Shown here in pieces: positions 1 to 9,644 of a DNA stretch of 64,000 bases. Positions within the stretch are counted from its first letter, which is position 1; each line of letters starts with the position of its first letter. This stretch comes from a bacterium (GTDB lineage: Bacteria; Electryoneota; JAOADG01), in contig OY820579.1 of the NCBI GenBank assembly GCA_963681965.1, positions 2,016,001-2,080,000 on the forward strand, in the 5' to 3' direction. The notes under the pieces were generated by a model that was not told where the DNA came from, searched no databases, and worked only from the letters and a program-made list of their open reading frames with translations. The translations under genes were made by a program, and so were the position numbers.

Positions 1-113
1 ATCCTCGCACGGGTACCAATGTCGAAGTACCGGCAAAACGTGTTCCATGCTTCCGGATCTCATTGGATTGGAAGAAGTCTCTTGTGATGCAAGAGGAAGA
101 AGTCAAGGTTTAA
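1..113 (+). CDS. HU/IHF family DNA-binding protein, 3' fragment
   Basis: Frame from position 3 reads PRTGTNVEVPAKRVPCFRIS...KV*, matching the HU/IHF beta-arm motif; TAA at 111-113; truncated by window edge. Confidence 0.85.
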   Translation, partial: PRTGTNVEVPAKRVPCFRISLDWKKSLVMQEEEVKV

Positions 114-139
114 TCATTTATTACAGCTAGGAGGCTACA

Positions 140-235
140 TTGCCCTGCGGTCGTAAACGAAAACGGCATAAGATTGCTACGCATAAGCGGAAGAAACGTC
201 TTCGGAAGAACCGACATAAGAAGAAAATCCGCTAA
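140..235 (+). CDS. 30S ribosomal protein bS22 (AURKAIP1/COX24 family), 31 aa
   Basis: AGGAGG at 129-134, TTG start; MPCGRKRKRHKIATHKRKKRLRKNRHKKKIR*; below the ORF-track cutoff. Confidence 0.85.
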   Translation: MPCGRKRKRHKIATHKRKKRLRKNRHKKKIR

Positions 236-313
236 GTAACAAAAGCGGTAGTGGGTGGTCATTGGTTCCTTTCCATTCTGGAAGGGGACGCTCGTTTGCG
301 ATAGGACGGGGAT

Positions 314-1558
314 TTGAGACCTCCATCCGGTGAATATGGCGAGATTATTCCACTTTCAGTCGGAGATCTGACTTTAAAAATCAAGACCCTACTTGAGAGT
401 GGAATAGAAGCATGCTGGGTTGAAGCGGAAATTTCCAATTTAACCTATGCCACTTCCGGTCATGTTTATTTTACGTTAAAAGACGCGCGATCGCAGATCG
501 GTTGCGCGGCTTGGCGTTCAAGTGCGCGTGCATTTCCGGTTCGATTGGCGAACGGGATGAAAATACTTGCCTTTGGTTCGGTGCAAGTATATGAGCCACG
601 CGGTCAGTATCAACTGATTGTCGAAAAGGTTATTCCTGCTGGTGTCGGACTCCTTCAACTCCAATATGAAGAGTTGAAACGACGTCTTGCTGCCGAAGGG
701 TTATTCGACGAAGATCGAAAGCAACCGTTGCCGCAATTTCCAATGCGGATTGGTATTGTAACCAGTCCGACTGGTGCGGCAATTGAAGATATGTTGCGGA
801 TACTGGGTGAACGCTGGTCAGTCGCTGAAGTCGTACTTGCACCAGTCAAGGTACAAGGCGAAGGTTCGGCGGCGGAGATCGCCGCGGCAATTGAGAAGTT
901 CGATCGATTTTGTGGACCCGATGCCCATTCTGAGCGTCGGGTTGATGTGTTGATTATCGGTCGCGGCGGTGGTTCGCTCGAAGATCTCTGGTCGTTCAAC
1001 GAAGAAATTGTCGTGCGAGCAGTATCCGCTTGCCGGATTCCAATCGTGTCCGCAGTCGGTCATGAAGTTGACGTGGCGCTGACCGATTTTGCCGCAGACC
1101 TTCGCGCTCCAACCCCAACCGGCGCCGCTCAAATGGTGACACCATCATGCGAGGATTGGTTGGAATGGATTAGCGATCAGCGTAGTAAACTCTCGCTAGG
1201 TCTGGCGCGTAAACTTAAAAATGAGCGACAGCGGCTGGAGCAATTGTCGAAACGAAGCGGTTTCCGCCGCCCGATCGATCGGTTGATGCAACTTTCGCAG
1301 CACGTCGACGATCTTGAACGACGTTTCCGGTTGGCGTTCCAGACTGTCCTCCGGCGCAACACCGAACAGATTCGAACCTTACAATTGCGGTTTGAGGCGT
1401 TGAATCCCTTGCGATTGTTATCGCGCGGATATTCTGTTGTCAAATTGTCAAATGGCACTATTGTTCGATCTCCGAATCAAGCGCCACCCGGAACCGGAAT
1501 TTCGATTTTAGTACAGGAAGGCGAAATAATCGCTACCACTCACGAGCGGAGAGGATGA
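314..1558 (+). CDS. xseA: Exodeoxyribonuclease VII large subunit
   Basis: SGHVYFTLKD OB fold; IGIVTSPTGAA, RGGGSLEDLWSFN, SAVGHEVD and RAPTPT motifs. Confidence 0.97.
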   Translation: MRPPSGEYGEIIPLSVGDLTLKIKTLLESGIEACWVEAEISNLTYATSGHVYFTLKDARSQIGCAAWRSSARAFPVRLANGMKILAFGSVQVYEPRGQYQLIVEKVIPAGVGLLQLQYEELKRRLAAEGLFDEDRKQPLPQFPMRIGIVTSPTGAAIEDMLRILGERWSVAEVVLAPVKVQGEGSAAEIAAAIEKFDRFCGPDAHSERRVDVLIIGRGGGSLEDLWSFNEEIVVRAVSACRIPIVSAVGHEVDVALTDFAADLRAPTPTGAAQMVTPSCEDWLEWISDQRSKLSLGLARKLKNERQRLEQLSKRSGFRRPIDRLMQLSQHVDDLERRFRLAFQTVLRRNTEQIRTLQLRFEALNPLRLLSRGYSVVKLSNGTIVRSPNQAPPGTGISILVQEGEIIATTHERRG

Positions 1559-1794
1559 TGTCCGAACCGAAACAAGACTTGCTTGCTAACGATCCCGAAC
1601 AACTCAGTTTCGAAGCGGCGATCGAACGATTGGAAGAGTTGGCATTGCAATTGGAAAACGGCGAGATCTCGATAGAGTCCTCGCTGGCTGCCTATGAAGA
1701 GGGGCAAAAACTTTTTCAACTCTGCCAGCAGAAATTGACGGATGCCGAAAAGAAACTTCGTCAGTTGGATGAACTGGTCGATACCCCATCATGA
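1555..1794 (+). CDS. xseB: Exodeoxyribonuclease VII small subunit
   Basis: SFEAAIERLEE...LENGEISIESSLAAYEEG; overlaps xseA stop. Confidence 0.95.
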   Translation: MMSEPKQDLLANDPEQLSFEAAIERLEELALQLENGEISIESSLAAYEEGQKLFQLCQQKLTDAEKKLRQLDELVDTPS

Positions 1795-2675
1795 ACTCAC
1801 CCCGTCGAATCGGCATTTTTGCCAATCTGCACAAGCCGAAAGTATGGGAAGAAGTTCCCAAATACTTGCGCTGGATCGCCGATCGCGATATTGAAATCGT
1901 GATCGATGAAGCAATCGCCAAGATCGAGAAAATCGACGGATTGGAATACATTCCACTCACAGAAGCGGCGAAACGGGTTGATCTGATTCTCTCATTCGGT
2001 GGCGATGGTACGTTACTTCGGTGCGTGAACGAAGTCGGCAATTCCGAAACCCCGATTCTCGGTATCAACCTTGGTAGTCTCGGCTATCTGGCAGAACTAT
2101 CGATTACCGAACTGTACCGACACACCGACACAATCCTTAATTGCGATATTCCGATCGAAAACCGATTACTGTTACGCGCAATCAAGAAAGATAGCGAGAA
2201 CAAACCGCTATTGGCTTTGAACGATTTTGTTTTCGATCGCGGCGATCACAGCCGCACGATCCGCATCCGTACATCCATTGATGGAATCTATCTCAATACT
2301 TACACCGCCGATGGCATTATTCTATCGACACCAACCGGATCCACCGGATATTCGCTGTCTGCCGGCGGACCAATTCTCGAACCGACACTCGATGCGCTGA
2401 TTATCAATCCGATCTGTCCGCACACGCTCGCTCATCGACCGGTCGTCGTCCGCGGTGATCGAAAACTGACGATTGAGACCGATCCCGGATTCACCGCGAA
2501 TGTTATGGTCGACGGCGAGTATGTCGATACCCTCGAGTACGGTCAAACAATGGAGATCAGTCGCGCACCATTTGCCGCCAAATTGGTTAATTTCACCGGA
2601 AAATTGTTCTATCAAGTCTTGCGCGAGAAACTGCGATGGGGCGAAGATTCCCGCCACCCTGAAAGGGAAAACTAA
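1791..2675 (+). CDS. nadK: NAD(+) kinase
   Basis: GGDGT, GINLGSLGYL, ADGIILSTPTGSTGYSLSAGGP. Confidence 0.96.
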   Translation: MNSPRRIGIFANLHKPKVWEEVPKYLRWIADRDIEIVIDEAIAKIEKIDGLEYIPLTEAAKRVDLILSFGGDGTLLRCVNEVGNSETPILGINLGSLGYLAELSITELYRHTDTILNCDIPIENRLLLRAIKKDSENKPLLALNDFVFDRGDHSRTIRIRTSIDGIYLNTYTADGIILSTPTGSTGYSLSAGGPILEPTLDALIINPICPHTLAHRPVVVRGDRKLTIETDPGFTANVMVDGEYVDTLEYGQTMEISRAPFAAKLVNFTGKLFYQVLREKLRWGEDSRHPEREN

Positions 2676-2677
2676 CT

Positions 2678-3583
2678 TTGGGCTTTTTTAGTAAAATCAA
2701 AGAGACTTTGACGAAAACCCGTACCGCCATTGTTGAGCGGGTTACGGAACTCGTCACTGGTCGACCGCATATCGATGCTACTGTCCTGAGCGATTTGGAA
2801 GAGATTTTAATATCCGCCGATTTCGGACCGGATATCGCCGCGCGGATCGTTGCCGATGTGAAGCAACGAGTGCAAAAAGGGGAGAGCGACTCATCCGGAT
2901 TAAAACGGTTAATTCGCGATGCACTCATTAAACTACTTCCATCCAGTTCAAACGAAATGCCGACCAATAAACCTCATGTTGTGCTGTTGGTTGGCGTCAA
3001 TGGATCGGGAAAGACCACTACACTGGGCAAGTTGGCGAACTACTACAGTAAGCAGGGACTCTCCGTGATTGCCGCTGCTGGCGATACTTTCCGTGCCGCC
3101 GCGGTCGAGCAATTGGAAGTCTGGGCGAAGCGTTCAGGCGCCGATTTCATTTCCGCAAAAGAAGGTGCCGATCCTGCCTCCGTCGCTCATGATGCCGTTT
3201 CCGCCGGGGTATCGCGCAACCGGGATATCGTCTTGATCGACACCGCCGGTCGATTGCAGGCAAAGAAAAATTTAATGGCGGAACTGGAAAAAGTTGTTCG
3301 AGTAATCGGTAAAGCGTTACCGGGTGCTCCACACGAAGTTCTGCTGGTGCTCGATGGCACCACTGGACAGAATGCGCTTTCACAAGCTGACATTTTCGGC
3401 AAGCAAGCAGGTGTTACCGGTCTGATCTTAACCAAACTGGATGGTACCGCCAAAGGCGGTTTTGTCTTTGCCATCAAAGAACGACTGGATCTTCCGGTCA
3501 AATGGATTGGTACCGGTGAAAAGATGGACGATCTGGAACCATTCGATGCCGTTAGCTTTGCCGAGGCGGTGGTCGGCGAATGA
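2678..3583 (+). CDS. ftsY: Signal recognition particle receptor FtsY (short, no acidic domain)
   Basis: GVNGSGKTTT, DTFRAAA, DTAGR, TKLDGTAKGG. Confidence 0.97.
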   Translation: MGFFSKIKETLTKTRTAIVERVTELVTGRPHIDATVLSDLEEILISADFGPDIAARIVADVKQRVQKGESDSSGLKRLIRDALIKLLPSSSNEMPTNKPHVVLLVGVNGSGKTTTLGKLANYYSKQGLSVIAAAGDTFRAAAVEQLEVWAKRSGADFISAKEGADPASVAHDAVSAGVSRNRDIVLIDTAGRLQAKKNLMAELEKVVRVIGKALPGAPHEVLLVLDGTTGQNALSQADIFGKQAGVTGLILTKLDGTAKGGFVFAIKERLDLPVKWIGTGEKMDDLEPFDAVSFAEAVVGE

Positions 3584-4899
3584 ACCGTTCGGCAAGTCGC
3601 GGCGTTCATTTAGTACAATTGGGTTGTTCGAAGAACTCAGTCGACGGTGAACGCTTTTTAGGTTTACTGGAAAGTCGCGGTGTTACTGTCGAGCGCAACG
3701 CTCGCAAGGCACGTGCCGTTGTCGTCAATACCTGTGGTTTTATCGAACCAGCGCGAGAAGAAGCGGTTAATGAAATTCTCGATGCCGTGAAATTGAAACT
3801 CGATGGTTTTATTGACGAAGTCTACGTCATCGGTTGTCTTGCCACACGAAGTGGCGATGAGCTGCAGCGCGAACTACCGGAAGTCGACGGGGTGTACGGC
3901 GTCACCGAATGGTCGAAACTGGTCGAGCGCCTTACCCGCGATGAAGGACCAATTTCGTTGCGAGGACCAATCCCGCGCCACTTGCTGACCCCGAAGCATA
4001 CCGCGTTTTTGCGCATTGCCGATGGTTGCAATCGGGCATGTTCCTATTGTGCGATCCCGTCGATGCGCGGTCGGTATCTATCGACCCCATTGCCTGAATT
4101 GTTGATTGAAGCCGAAGGGTTGCGTAAGAAGGGTGTCAAAGAATTAATTGTCGTCGCGCAGGAGATCAATGACTACGGTCGCGATCTCGGCAAGCCGGAG
4201 CTGTTTGCGGAATTGATGTCCGGTCTCGATCAGTTGGCATTCCCTTGGCTGCGTGTATTGTACACCCATCCGCCAGCGATCGATGATCGTTTTATCGAAA
4301 TATTGGCTGGCACAAAATCGCTGGTGCCGTATATAGACTATCCGATCGAGCACAGCCACCCAAAAATCCTCTGGTCGATGGGTCGTAAGAAAGTACCGGA
4401 ATTCTTACTGACAGGAATTGAAAAAATTCGCGCTGCGATTCCCGAAGTGGTATTACGCACCAGTATTATTGTTGGATATCCCGGTGAAGGGGAGGATGAA
4501 TTCGAGCAACTCTGCGAATTTGTCACGACCGCAAAATTCGAACGGTTGGGTGTTTTCCTTTATTCCCATGAAGAGGGTACGCGAGCAGCAAAGTTATCGG
4601 ATCCCGCAGCACCAAGCGAAGTAGCGGAAGAGCGCCGTGAAGAGTTGTTGGATATCGGTTTTGAATGTGCCGAGGCATTCCATCAGAGTAAAGTGGGACG
4701 ACAAGTCGAAGTATTGGTGGAAGGGGTCGAACACGGTACGGCATGGGGTCGCACCAAATGGGATGCACCGGAGATCGACTACCGCGTCGAATTCGAGCAT
4801 GGTGCCGTTCGAACGGGTAAATTAGTGACGACGGAACTAACCTCGTCATGGGAAGGCGGTTGGCGCGGTCACCCGGTCAACACAATCGCATTATCTTAG
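3580..4899 (+). CDS. rimO: Ribosomal protein uS12 methylthiotransferase
   Basis: LGCSKN, NTCGFI, radical SAM CNRACSYC, C-terminal TRAM with DAPEID. Confidence 0.93.
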   Translation: MNRSASRGVHLVQLGCSKNSVDGERFLGLLESRGVTVERNARKARAVVVNTCGFIEPAREEAVNEILDAVKLKLDGFIDEVYVIGCLATRSGDELQRELPEVDGVYGVTEWSKLVERLTRDEGPISLRGPIPRHLLTPKHTAFLRIADGCNRACSYCAIPSMRGRYLSTPLPELLIEAEGLRKKGVKELIVVAQEINDYGRDLGKPELFAELMSGLDQLAFPWLRVLYTHPPAIDDRFIEILAGTKSLVPYIDYPIEHSHPKILWSMGRKKVPEFLLTGIEKIRAAIPEVVLRTSIIVGYPGEGEDEFEQLCEFVTTAKFERLGVFLYSHEEGTRAAKLSDPAAPSEVAEERREELLDIGFECAEAFHQSKVGRQVEVLVEGVEHGTAWGRTKWDAPEIDYRVEFEHGAVRTGKLVTTELTSSWEGGWRGHPVNTIALS

Positions 4900-4936
4900 T
4901 ATCTTCGTATCTCTTGTAACGACGAACGGAAGTGGC

Positions 4937-6208
4937 ATGAACGGACGTACGGTTGGCACGATTTTTTTCCTATTGACGATGATTACCCTCGTCTGCGCGC
5001 AATCGCAGTCGTATGGTCCGAATATCGATCAGGAAATCGGCGTTCCGAAGTTTAAACTCGAACCGGAAATGCTTTTTTCCGAACAATCGAATCGCTCGCG
5101 GGTACTGATTACATTGCGCATTCCTTACGGTTCTTTCCAATATGTCAAACGCGATTCAAGTTATCTCGCCAGTTTCGAAATCACTGCCGAACTAAAGTGC
5201 CTCGATAAAAAACGCCGGAAGGAACCCGGCACTGTCCGATTTTGGCTCGATTCACTAGTATTGCCGACATTCAAGAAGACTGTTAGTCGTACCGAATATT
5301 ATTACTTCAAGAATTCGATCGATGTCGATCCGGGTACCTACAAATTAAAAGTTCGTTTGACCGATATCGATACTCGCTTGAGTTGGGAAGAAACTTCAGA
5401 TCTTACTCTTTTCAATCGTTCCGGTGATAGTCTATCCGTCACTGCACCCATTCTTGTAAAATGGCTCGATCGAGTAGATCAACCGACCGATTTTATTCCG
5501 GCAAATACTGCTCTGTTCTATCCGGGAAAAGATACTGCGTGGATCTACGTTCAAATGATTCCGGTGGGGAGTGGTACACTGAAGATTCATGAGCGGATCG
5601 TGAAAGATCAAGGTGATGCAGCATTAGATACGATTCGGTATCTCGAACCCGATCGCCGGGCGTATGCGATATCATTTCCCGTTCCAATAAATACACTTGG
5701 TTCCGGTACATACCAACACACTTTTATCTTCGAGCAAGCTGGACAGCGCATTGCACGAGTGATCAAGTATCGTATTGGCATCCTTGGCATTCCATCGCAG
5801 ATTGTCGATTTCGAGAAGGCAATCAAGCAATTGAAATATGTTTTACCGGAAGAAGATGTCGACAAGATGTTGAAGTTGAGTCCGGTGAATCGCGAGAAAG
5901 CATTACGCAAATTTTGGGATGCCCGCGATCCGACACCGACTGGAACTATCAACGATAAGATGCAGGAATATTATCGACGGGTCGATATTGCCAATCAACG
6001 CTTCACGCGCTCTCGCGAAGGGTGGGAAACCGATCGCGGAATGGTACTAGTTCTCTTTGGCGAACCCAATGAGATCGACGCGCACCCCTTTGTGACACAA
6101 GGAAAACCCTACGAAAAGTGGTTCTATTCTAACTCCAATCAGCACTTTACCTTTGTCGATTACGACGGGTTCGGTGACTATCGGTTGATCACGCCACTAT
6201 GGGATTGA
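4937..6208 (+). CDS. GWxTD domain-containing exported protein
   Basis: Signal peptide; FWDARDPTPTG, EYYRRV..AN..F, GWETDRG motifs. Confidence 0.88.
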   Translation: MNGRTVGTIFFLLTMITLVCAQSQSYGPNIDQEIGVPKFKLEPEMLFSEQSNRSRVLITLRIPYGSFQYVKRDSSYLASFEITAELKCLDKKRRKEPGTVRFWLDSLVLPTFKKTVSRTEYYYFKNSIDVDPGTYKLKVRLTDIDTRLSWEETSDLTLFNRSGDSLSVTAPILVKWLDRVDQPTDFIPANTALFYPGKDTAWIYVQMIPVGSGTLKIHERIVKDQGDAALDTIRYLEPDRRAYAISFPVPINTLGSGTYQHTFIFEQAGQRIARVIKYRIGILGIPSQIVDFEKAIKQLKYVLPEEDVDKMLKLSPVNREKALRKFWDARDPTPTGTINDKMQEYYRRVDIANQRFTRSREGWETDRGMVLVLFGEPNEIDAHPFVTQGKPYEKWFYSNSNQHFTFVDYDGFGDYRLITPLWD

Positions 6209-7125
6209 ACCGCCGTTCCGTACCACCACCGCTACCGGATGATGCGCTGATCCGGGTGATTGCACCTGCCGGACCGTCGAACGCCGAGAAACTTGCCCAT
6301 GGTGTCGCCGAATTATCCTCGCTGGGATATCGGGTCGAATGCAGCCCCGGTTGTACGTTTGAAGGGAAGCGCGAACACTATCTTGCAGCCGACGACGAAC
6401 GTCGCGGTAAAGATCTCGTAAGCGCGATCTGTAAACACGATTGCGATGCAGTGATGGTTACACGCGGTGGCTACGGCACCATGCGCTTGTTGGAACAGAT
6501 CCCATATCCGGGTGTAAAAAACAAGTGGATTGCCGGATTCTCCGATCTCACGGCACTCTCGCTTGCACTCTACGAACGACGTCGAATGGTAACACTCAGT
6601 GGTCCGATCATAGCTGCATCGGACAGTTTTTCCACCACCGGACCGACAGTTCAGACATGGCATCACTGGGTGACCGACGGTACTCCTGTCGAATATCCTG
6701 TCACTCCGTATAAGTCCGGACATTCTCACGGGGTTTTACTCGGCGGTTGTCTTTCATTAATTTGTGCCCTGTGGGGTACACGCTATTCCCCATCGTACCA
6801 GAATGCAATTTTATTGCTGGAAGATATCGACGAGCCGGAATACAAGATCGACCGGATGCTCACGCAATTGGCGCTGGGCGGTGTCTTCCAACGGGTGGCG
6901 GGTGTCGTGATTGGACAATTCTGCAATGCCGATTTTGTCGCACAGCAGCATTGGAGTGAATTTGCCGCAAAACGGATCTGCGAATTGCTGGGACAACGCC
7001 GTGTCCCGGTCGTGATAGGATTTCCGTATGGTCATTTCGGCAATCGGGTAACGGTGCCGATCGGTGGCGACGCCATCATCGACAAACAACAACTAATTTT
7101 GGCATTACCGGAGCGAAAATCGTGA
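6199..7125 (+). CDS. ldcA: LD-carboxypeptidase (peptidase S66)
   Basis: RGGYG; catalytic triad contexts GFSD, LLEDIDE and GFPYGH. Confidence 0.9.
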   Translation: MGLNRRSVPPPLPDDALIRVIAPAGPSNAEKLAHGVAELSSLGYRVECSPGCTFEGKREHYLAADDERRGKDLVSAICKHDCDAVMVTRGGYGTMRLLEQIPYPGVKNKWIAGFSDLTALSLALYERRRMVTLSGPIIAASDSFSTTGPTVQTWHHWVTDGTPVEYPVTPYKSGHSHGVLLGGCLSLICALWGTRYSPSYQNAILLLEDIDEPEYKIDRMLTQLALGGVFQRVAGVVIGQFCNADFVAQQHWSEFAAKRICELLGQRRVPVVIGFPYGHFGNRVTVPIGGDAIIDKQQLILALPERKS

Positions 7126-7727
7126 AACTGAATGTCGCCCTCTTTGTTTCGGGAACCGGTTCGAATGCGCGTGTATTGCTGGAAGCGATACGCGACGGTT
7201 GGATCGCCGGCGAACCGGTGCTGCTTATCTCCGACCGCGAATGTGTTGCCGAGCAGTTGGGTGTCGAATTCAATGTGCCGGTCAAGCGACTCGTACCGAA
7301 AGAATTTTCATCGAATGACATCTGGCAATATGCCGTCACGCAAGCGGTGTTGATGCGCAATGCCCAATTTATCGCGCTATGCGGTTATCTCCGGCTGCTT
7401 CCGGGTGAGCTCTGTCGCGAATTTCCGAATCGAATATTGAATATTCACCCCGGACCATTGCCGCAATTCGGCGGCAAGGGGATGTGGGGACATCACGTCC
7501 ACGATGCCGTATTGGCATCCGGATGCAAATGGAGCGGTCCGACAGTTCACTATGTGAATGAAATTTACGATGCCGGCGATATCGTCGCGCATGTCCCCGT
7601 ACCGGTTCTCGAAGGGGACACTGCTGAGACGCTCGGAAAGCGAGTATTAAATGTCGAACACCGGTTGTACCCGGTGGTCGTGGCGCAGACGATCGGAAAG
7701 TATCTGCAACTGAAGACTGGCGAGTGA
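7122..7727 (+). CDS. purN: Phosphoribosylglycinamide formyltransferase
   Basis: SGTGSN, LNIHP, GPTVHYV...YDAG. Confidence 0.95.
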   Translation: MKLNVALFVSGTGSNARVLLEAIRDGWIAGEPVLLISDRECVAEQLGVEFNVPVKRLVPKEFSSNDIWQYAVTQAVLMRNAQFIALCGYLRLLPGELCREFPNRILNIHPGPLPQFGGKGMWGHHVHDAVLASGCKWSGPTVHYVNEIYDAGDIVAHVPVPVLEGDTAETLGKRVLNVEHRLYPVVVAQTIGKYLQLKTGE

Positions 7728-7742
7728 ATACTCGCCTTTTTT
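7719..7742 (+). terminator. Intrinsic terminator after purN
   Basis: GGCGAGT-GAAT-ACTCGCC followed by T6. Confidence 0.75.
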
Positions 7743-7763
7743 ATTGATCTTTCTTTTTATTGT

Positions 7764-7913
7764 TGGTGGCGCAGGTCTCCGAATCTGCGATCCTTCTGTG
7801 CCCTGTCTTGAGAAACTTTGGATTCAATACCTGTGATTTGATCTTTTCAATCTGGGTGAACCCCTGTATTCGCCCACATCTATTCCATTCTGTGGTCGGA
7901 ATTTATTCTGACC
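7764..7913. repeat. Cluster of REP-like palindromes
   Basis: TGGTGGCGCAGGTCTCCGAATCTGCG (7764-7789, variant of 9744-9769), GGGTGAA..TTCGCCC (7854-7875), GGTCGGAAT..ATTCTGACC (7894-7913). Confidence 0.65.
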
Positions 7914-7988
7914 TTGAAATTATATTTTTTATAGAGCAGCATCGGAATTATTTCCGACTTACAATATTCACCGGGAGAAAGAACCGTT

Positions 7989-9563
7989 ATGAGCAATATT
8001 AAAAGAATACGCCGCGCGTTGTTATCCCATTCCGACAAGCGTGGACTAATCGAATTCGCAACTGCCCTGCACAATCATCATGTGGAGCTTCTTTCGACTG
8101 GCGGCACGGCGAAAGCGATTCGCGATGCCGGCATTCCGGTCATGGAAATTGCTGATTACACCGGAGCACCGGAATTGTTCGAGGGTCGTGTCAAGACGTT
8201 GCACCCGAAAGTGCACGGCGGTCTGTTATTCCGGCGCGAATTGGACGAACACATTAAGCAAGCGGAAGAAAATAAAATTCCTCCGATCGATCTAGTCGCC
8301 GTCACGCTCTATCCGTTCGAACAGGCGCTTGCCTCCGGCAAGAAGGGTGAAGATCTGATCGAACAAATCGATATCGGCGGTCCCTCGATGTTGCGTAGTG
8401 CCGCGAAGAATGCGGAATCGGTCGTCGTGATTTGCGATACCGACGATTATGCAATCGTGTTGGAGCAAATCGAGAATCAAGCCGGTGTCGATGAAGAGAC
8501 ACGGCGCAAATTGGCAGCGAAAGTATTTGCTCGCACTGCCTGTTACGATGCGCTGATTGCCCGCGCGCTGAATCCCGAACCGACCGAGTGGCAGAAGTGG
8601 TTTGCACTGCCGTTGGTCAATCCGGAGAAATTGCGCTATGGCGAGAATCCTGCGCAAAAAGGTTCGATCTATCGCCTTGCCGGTGAGAATGAATTTGCGC
8701 TTGCCGGTTCCAAAACCATCGGTGGTAAAGAAGTCTCATTCAACAATTGGATGGATGTCGATGCCTCGACCCGGATCGTGAAAGAATTCGAGCTGCCAGC
8801 TTGTGTCGTCGTCAAGCACTCTTCACCGTGTGGTATTGCGACTGGAGCGAATATTTTCGAGGCATATCGCGATGCCGTTGCCTGCGATCCAACTTCCGCA
8901 TTCGGCGGTGTGGTTGCTTTCAATCGACCGCTCGATGAAGCAACTGCGCATGCGATTCGCGAGCGTTTTACCGAAGTGGTGTTCTCAGTCGGTCCCGCCG
9001 ACGATAAAGCGGGTGAAGTACTTGCCGGCGCAAAGAATCTCCGCTGGATCGTCGGTTCGCTCTACGGGGATCCACCCTACTTCCCGTATGAATTCCGCCG
9101 CGTGATGGGTGGTGTGTTGGTGGAAGAGTGCGATAGCGGCGTGACTCCGGTTGCGGAGTGGAAGTGCGTCACACAGCGTGCCGCTACTGCTGCGGAATTG
9201 AAATTAATGCAATTCGCCTGGATCTCGGTGAAGGGTGTAAAATCGAATGCAATTGTCTTTGCAAAATCGACTGTGAATGGCGATGCAACCGTCGGAATTG
9301 GCGGTGGTGAAACCAGTCGGGTCGATGCCGTCGAAAATGCATTGCGCCGTGCCTCGATTTTCGGTCACGATTTGACCGGATCGGTCTTGGCGTCCGACGC
9401 ATTCTTCCCGTTCCCGGATGGCGTCGAAAAGGCAGTCGCTGCTGGTGTTACGGCGATCGTGCAACCGGGTGGTTCGGTGAAAGATAAGGATGTGATTGCG
9501 ACTGCCGATGCTCTCGGTATCACGATGTATTTCACGGGACGTCGTCATTTCCGGCACTTGTAA
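7989..9563 (+). CDS. purH: Bifunctional AICAR transformylase/IMP cyclohydrolase
   Basis: STGGTA, GRVKTLHP, IDIGGPSMLRSAAKN, LRYGENP, ASDAFFPFPDG, QPGGS. Confidence 0.98.
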   Translation: MSNIKRIRRALLSHSDKRGLIEFATALHNHHVELLSTGGTAKAIRDAGIPVMEIADYTGAPELFEGRVKTLHPKVHGGLLFRRELDEHIKQAEENKIPPIDLVAVTLYPFEQALASGKKGEDLIEQIDIGGPSMLRSAAKNAESVVVICDTDDYAIVLEQIENQAGVDEETRRKLAAKVFARTACYDALIARALNPEPTEWQKWFALPLVNPEKLRYGENPAQKGSIYRLAGENEFALAGSKTIGGKEVSFNNWMDVDASTRIVKEFELPACVVVKHSSPCGIATGANIFEAYRDAVACDPTSAFGGVVAFNRPLDEATAHAIRERFTEVVFSVGPADDKAGEVLAGAKNLRWIVGSLYGDPPYFPYEFRRVMGGVLVEECDSGVTPVAEWKCVTQRAATAAELKLMQFAWISVKGVKSNAIVFAKSTVNGDATVGIGGGETSRVDAVENALRRASIFGHDLTGSVLASDAFFPFPDGVEKAVAAGVTAIVQPGGSVKDKDVIATADALGITMYFTGRRHFRHL

Positions 9564-9598
9564 AATCGATTGTCACGATCGAGAATATTGTAGAAATG

Positions 9599-9624
9599 AG
9601 GGGCGAATCGTTTCGCCCCTTTTT
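9599..9624 (+). terminator. Intrinsic terminator after purH
   Basis: AGGGGCGAA-TCGT-TTCGCCCCT followed by a T run. Confidence 0.7.
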
Positions 9625-9644
9625 GTTATTAATCATTTTTTTTT

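Noticed and set aside
7710-7990. ZTP (pfl) riboswitch upstream of purH (GACTGGCGA seen)
   Set aside because: The match lies in the last purN codons and forms the terminator stem; the other conserved ZTP elements are not evident
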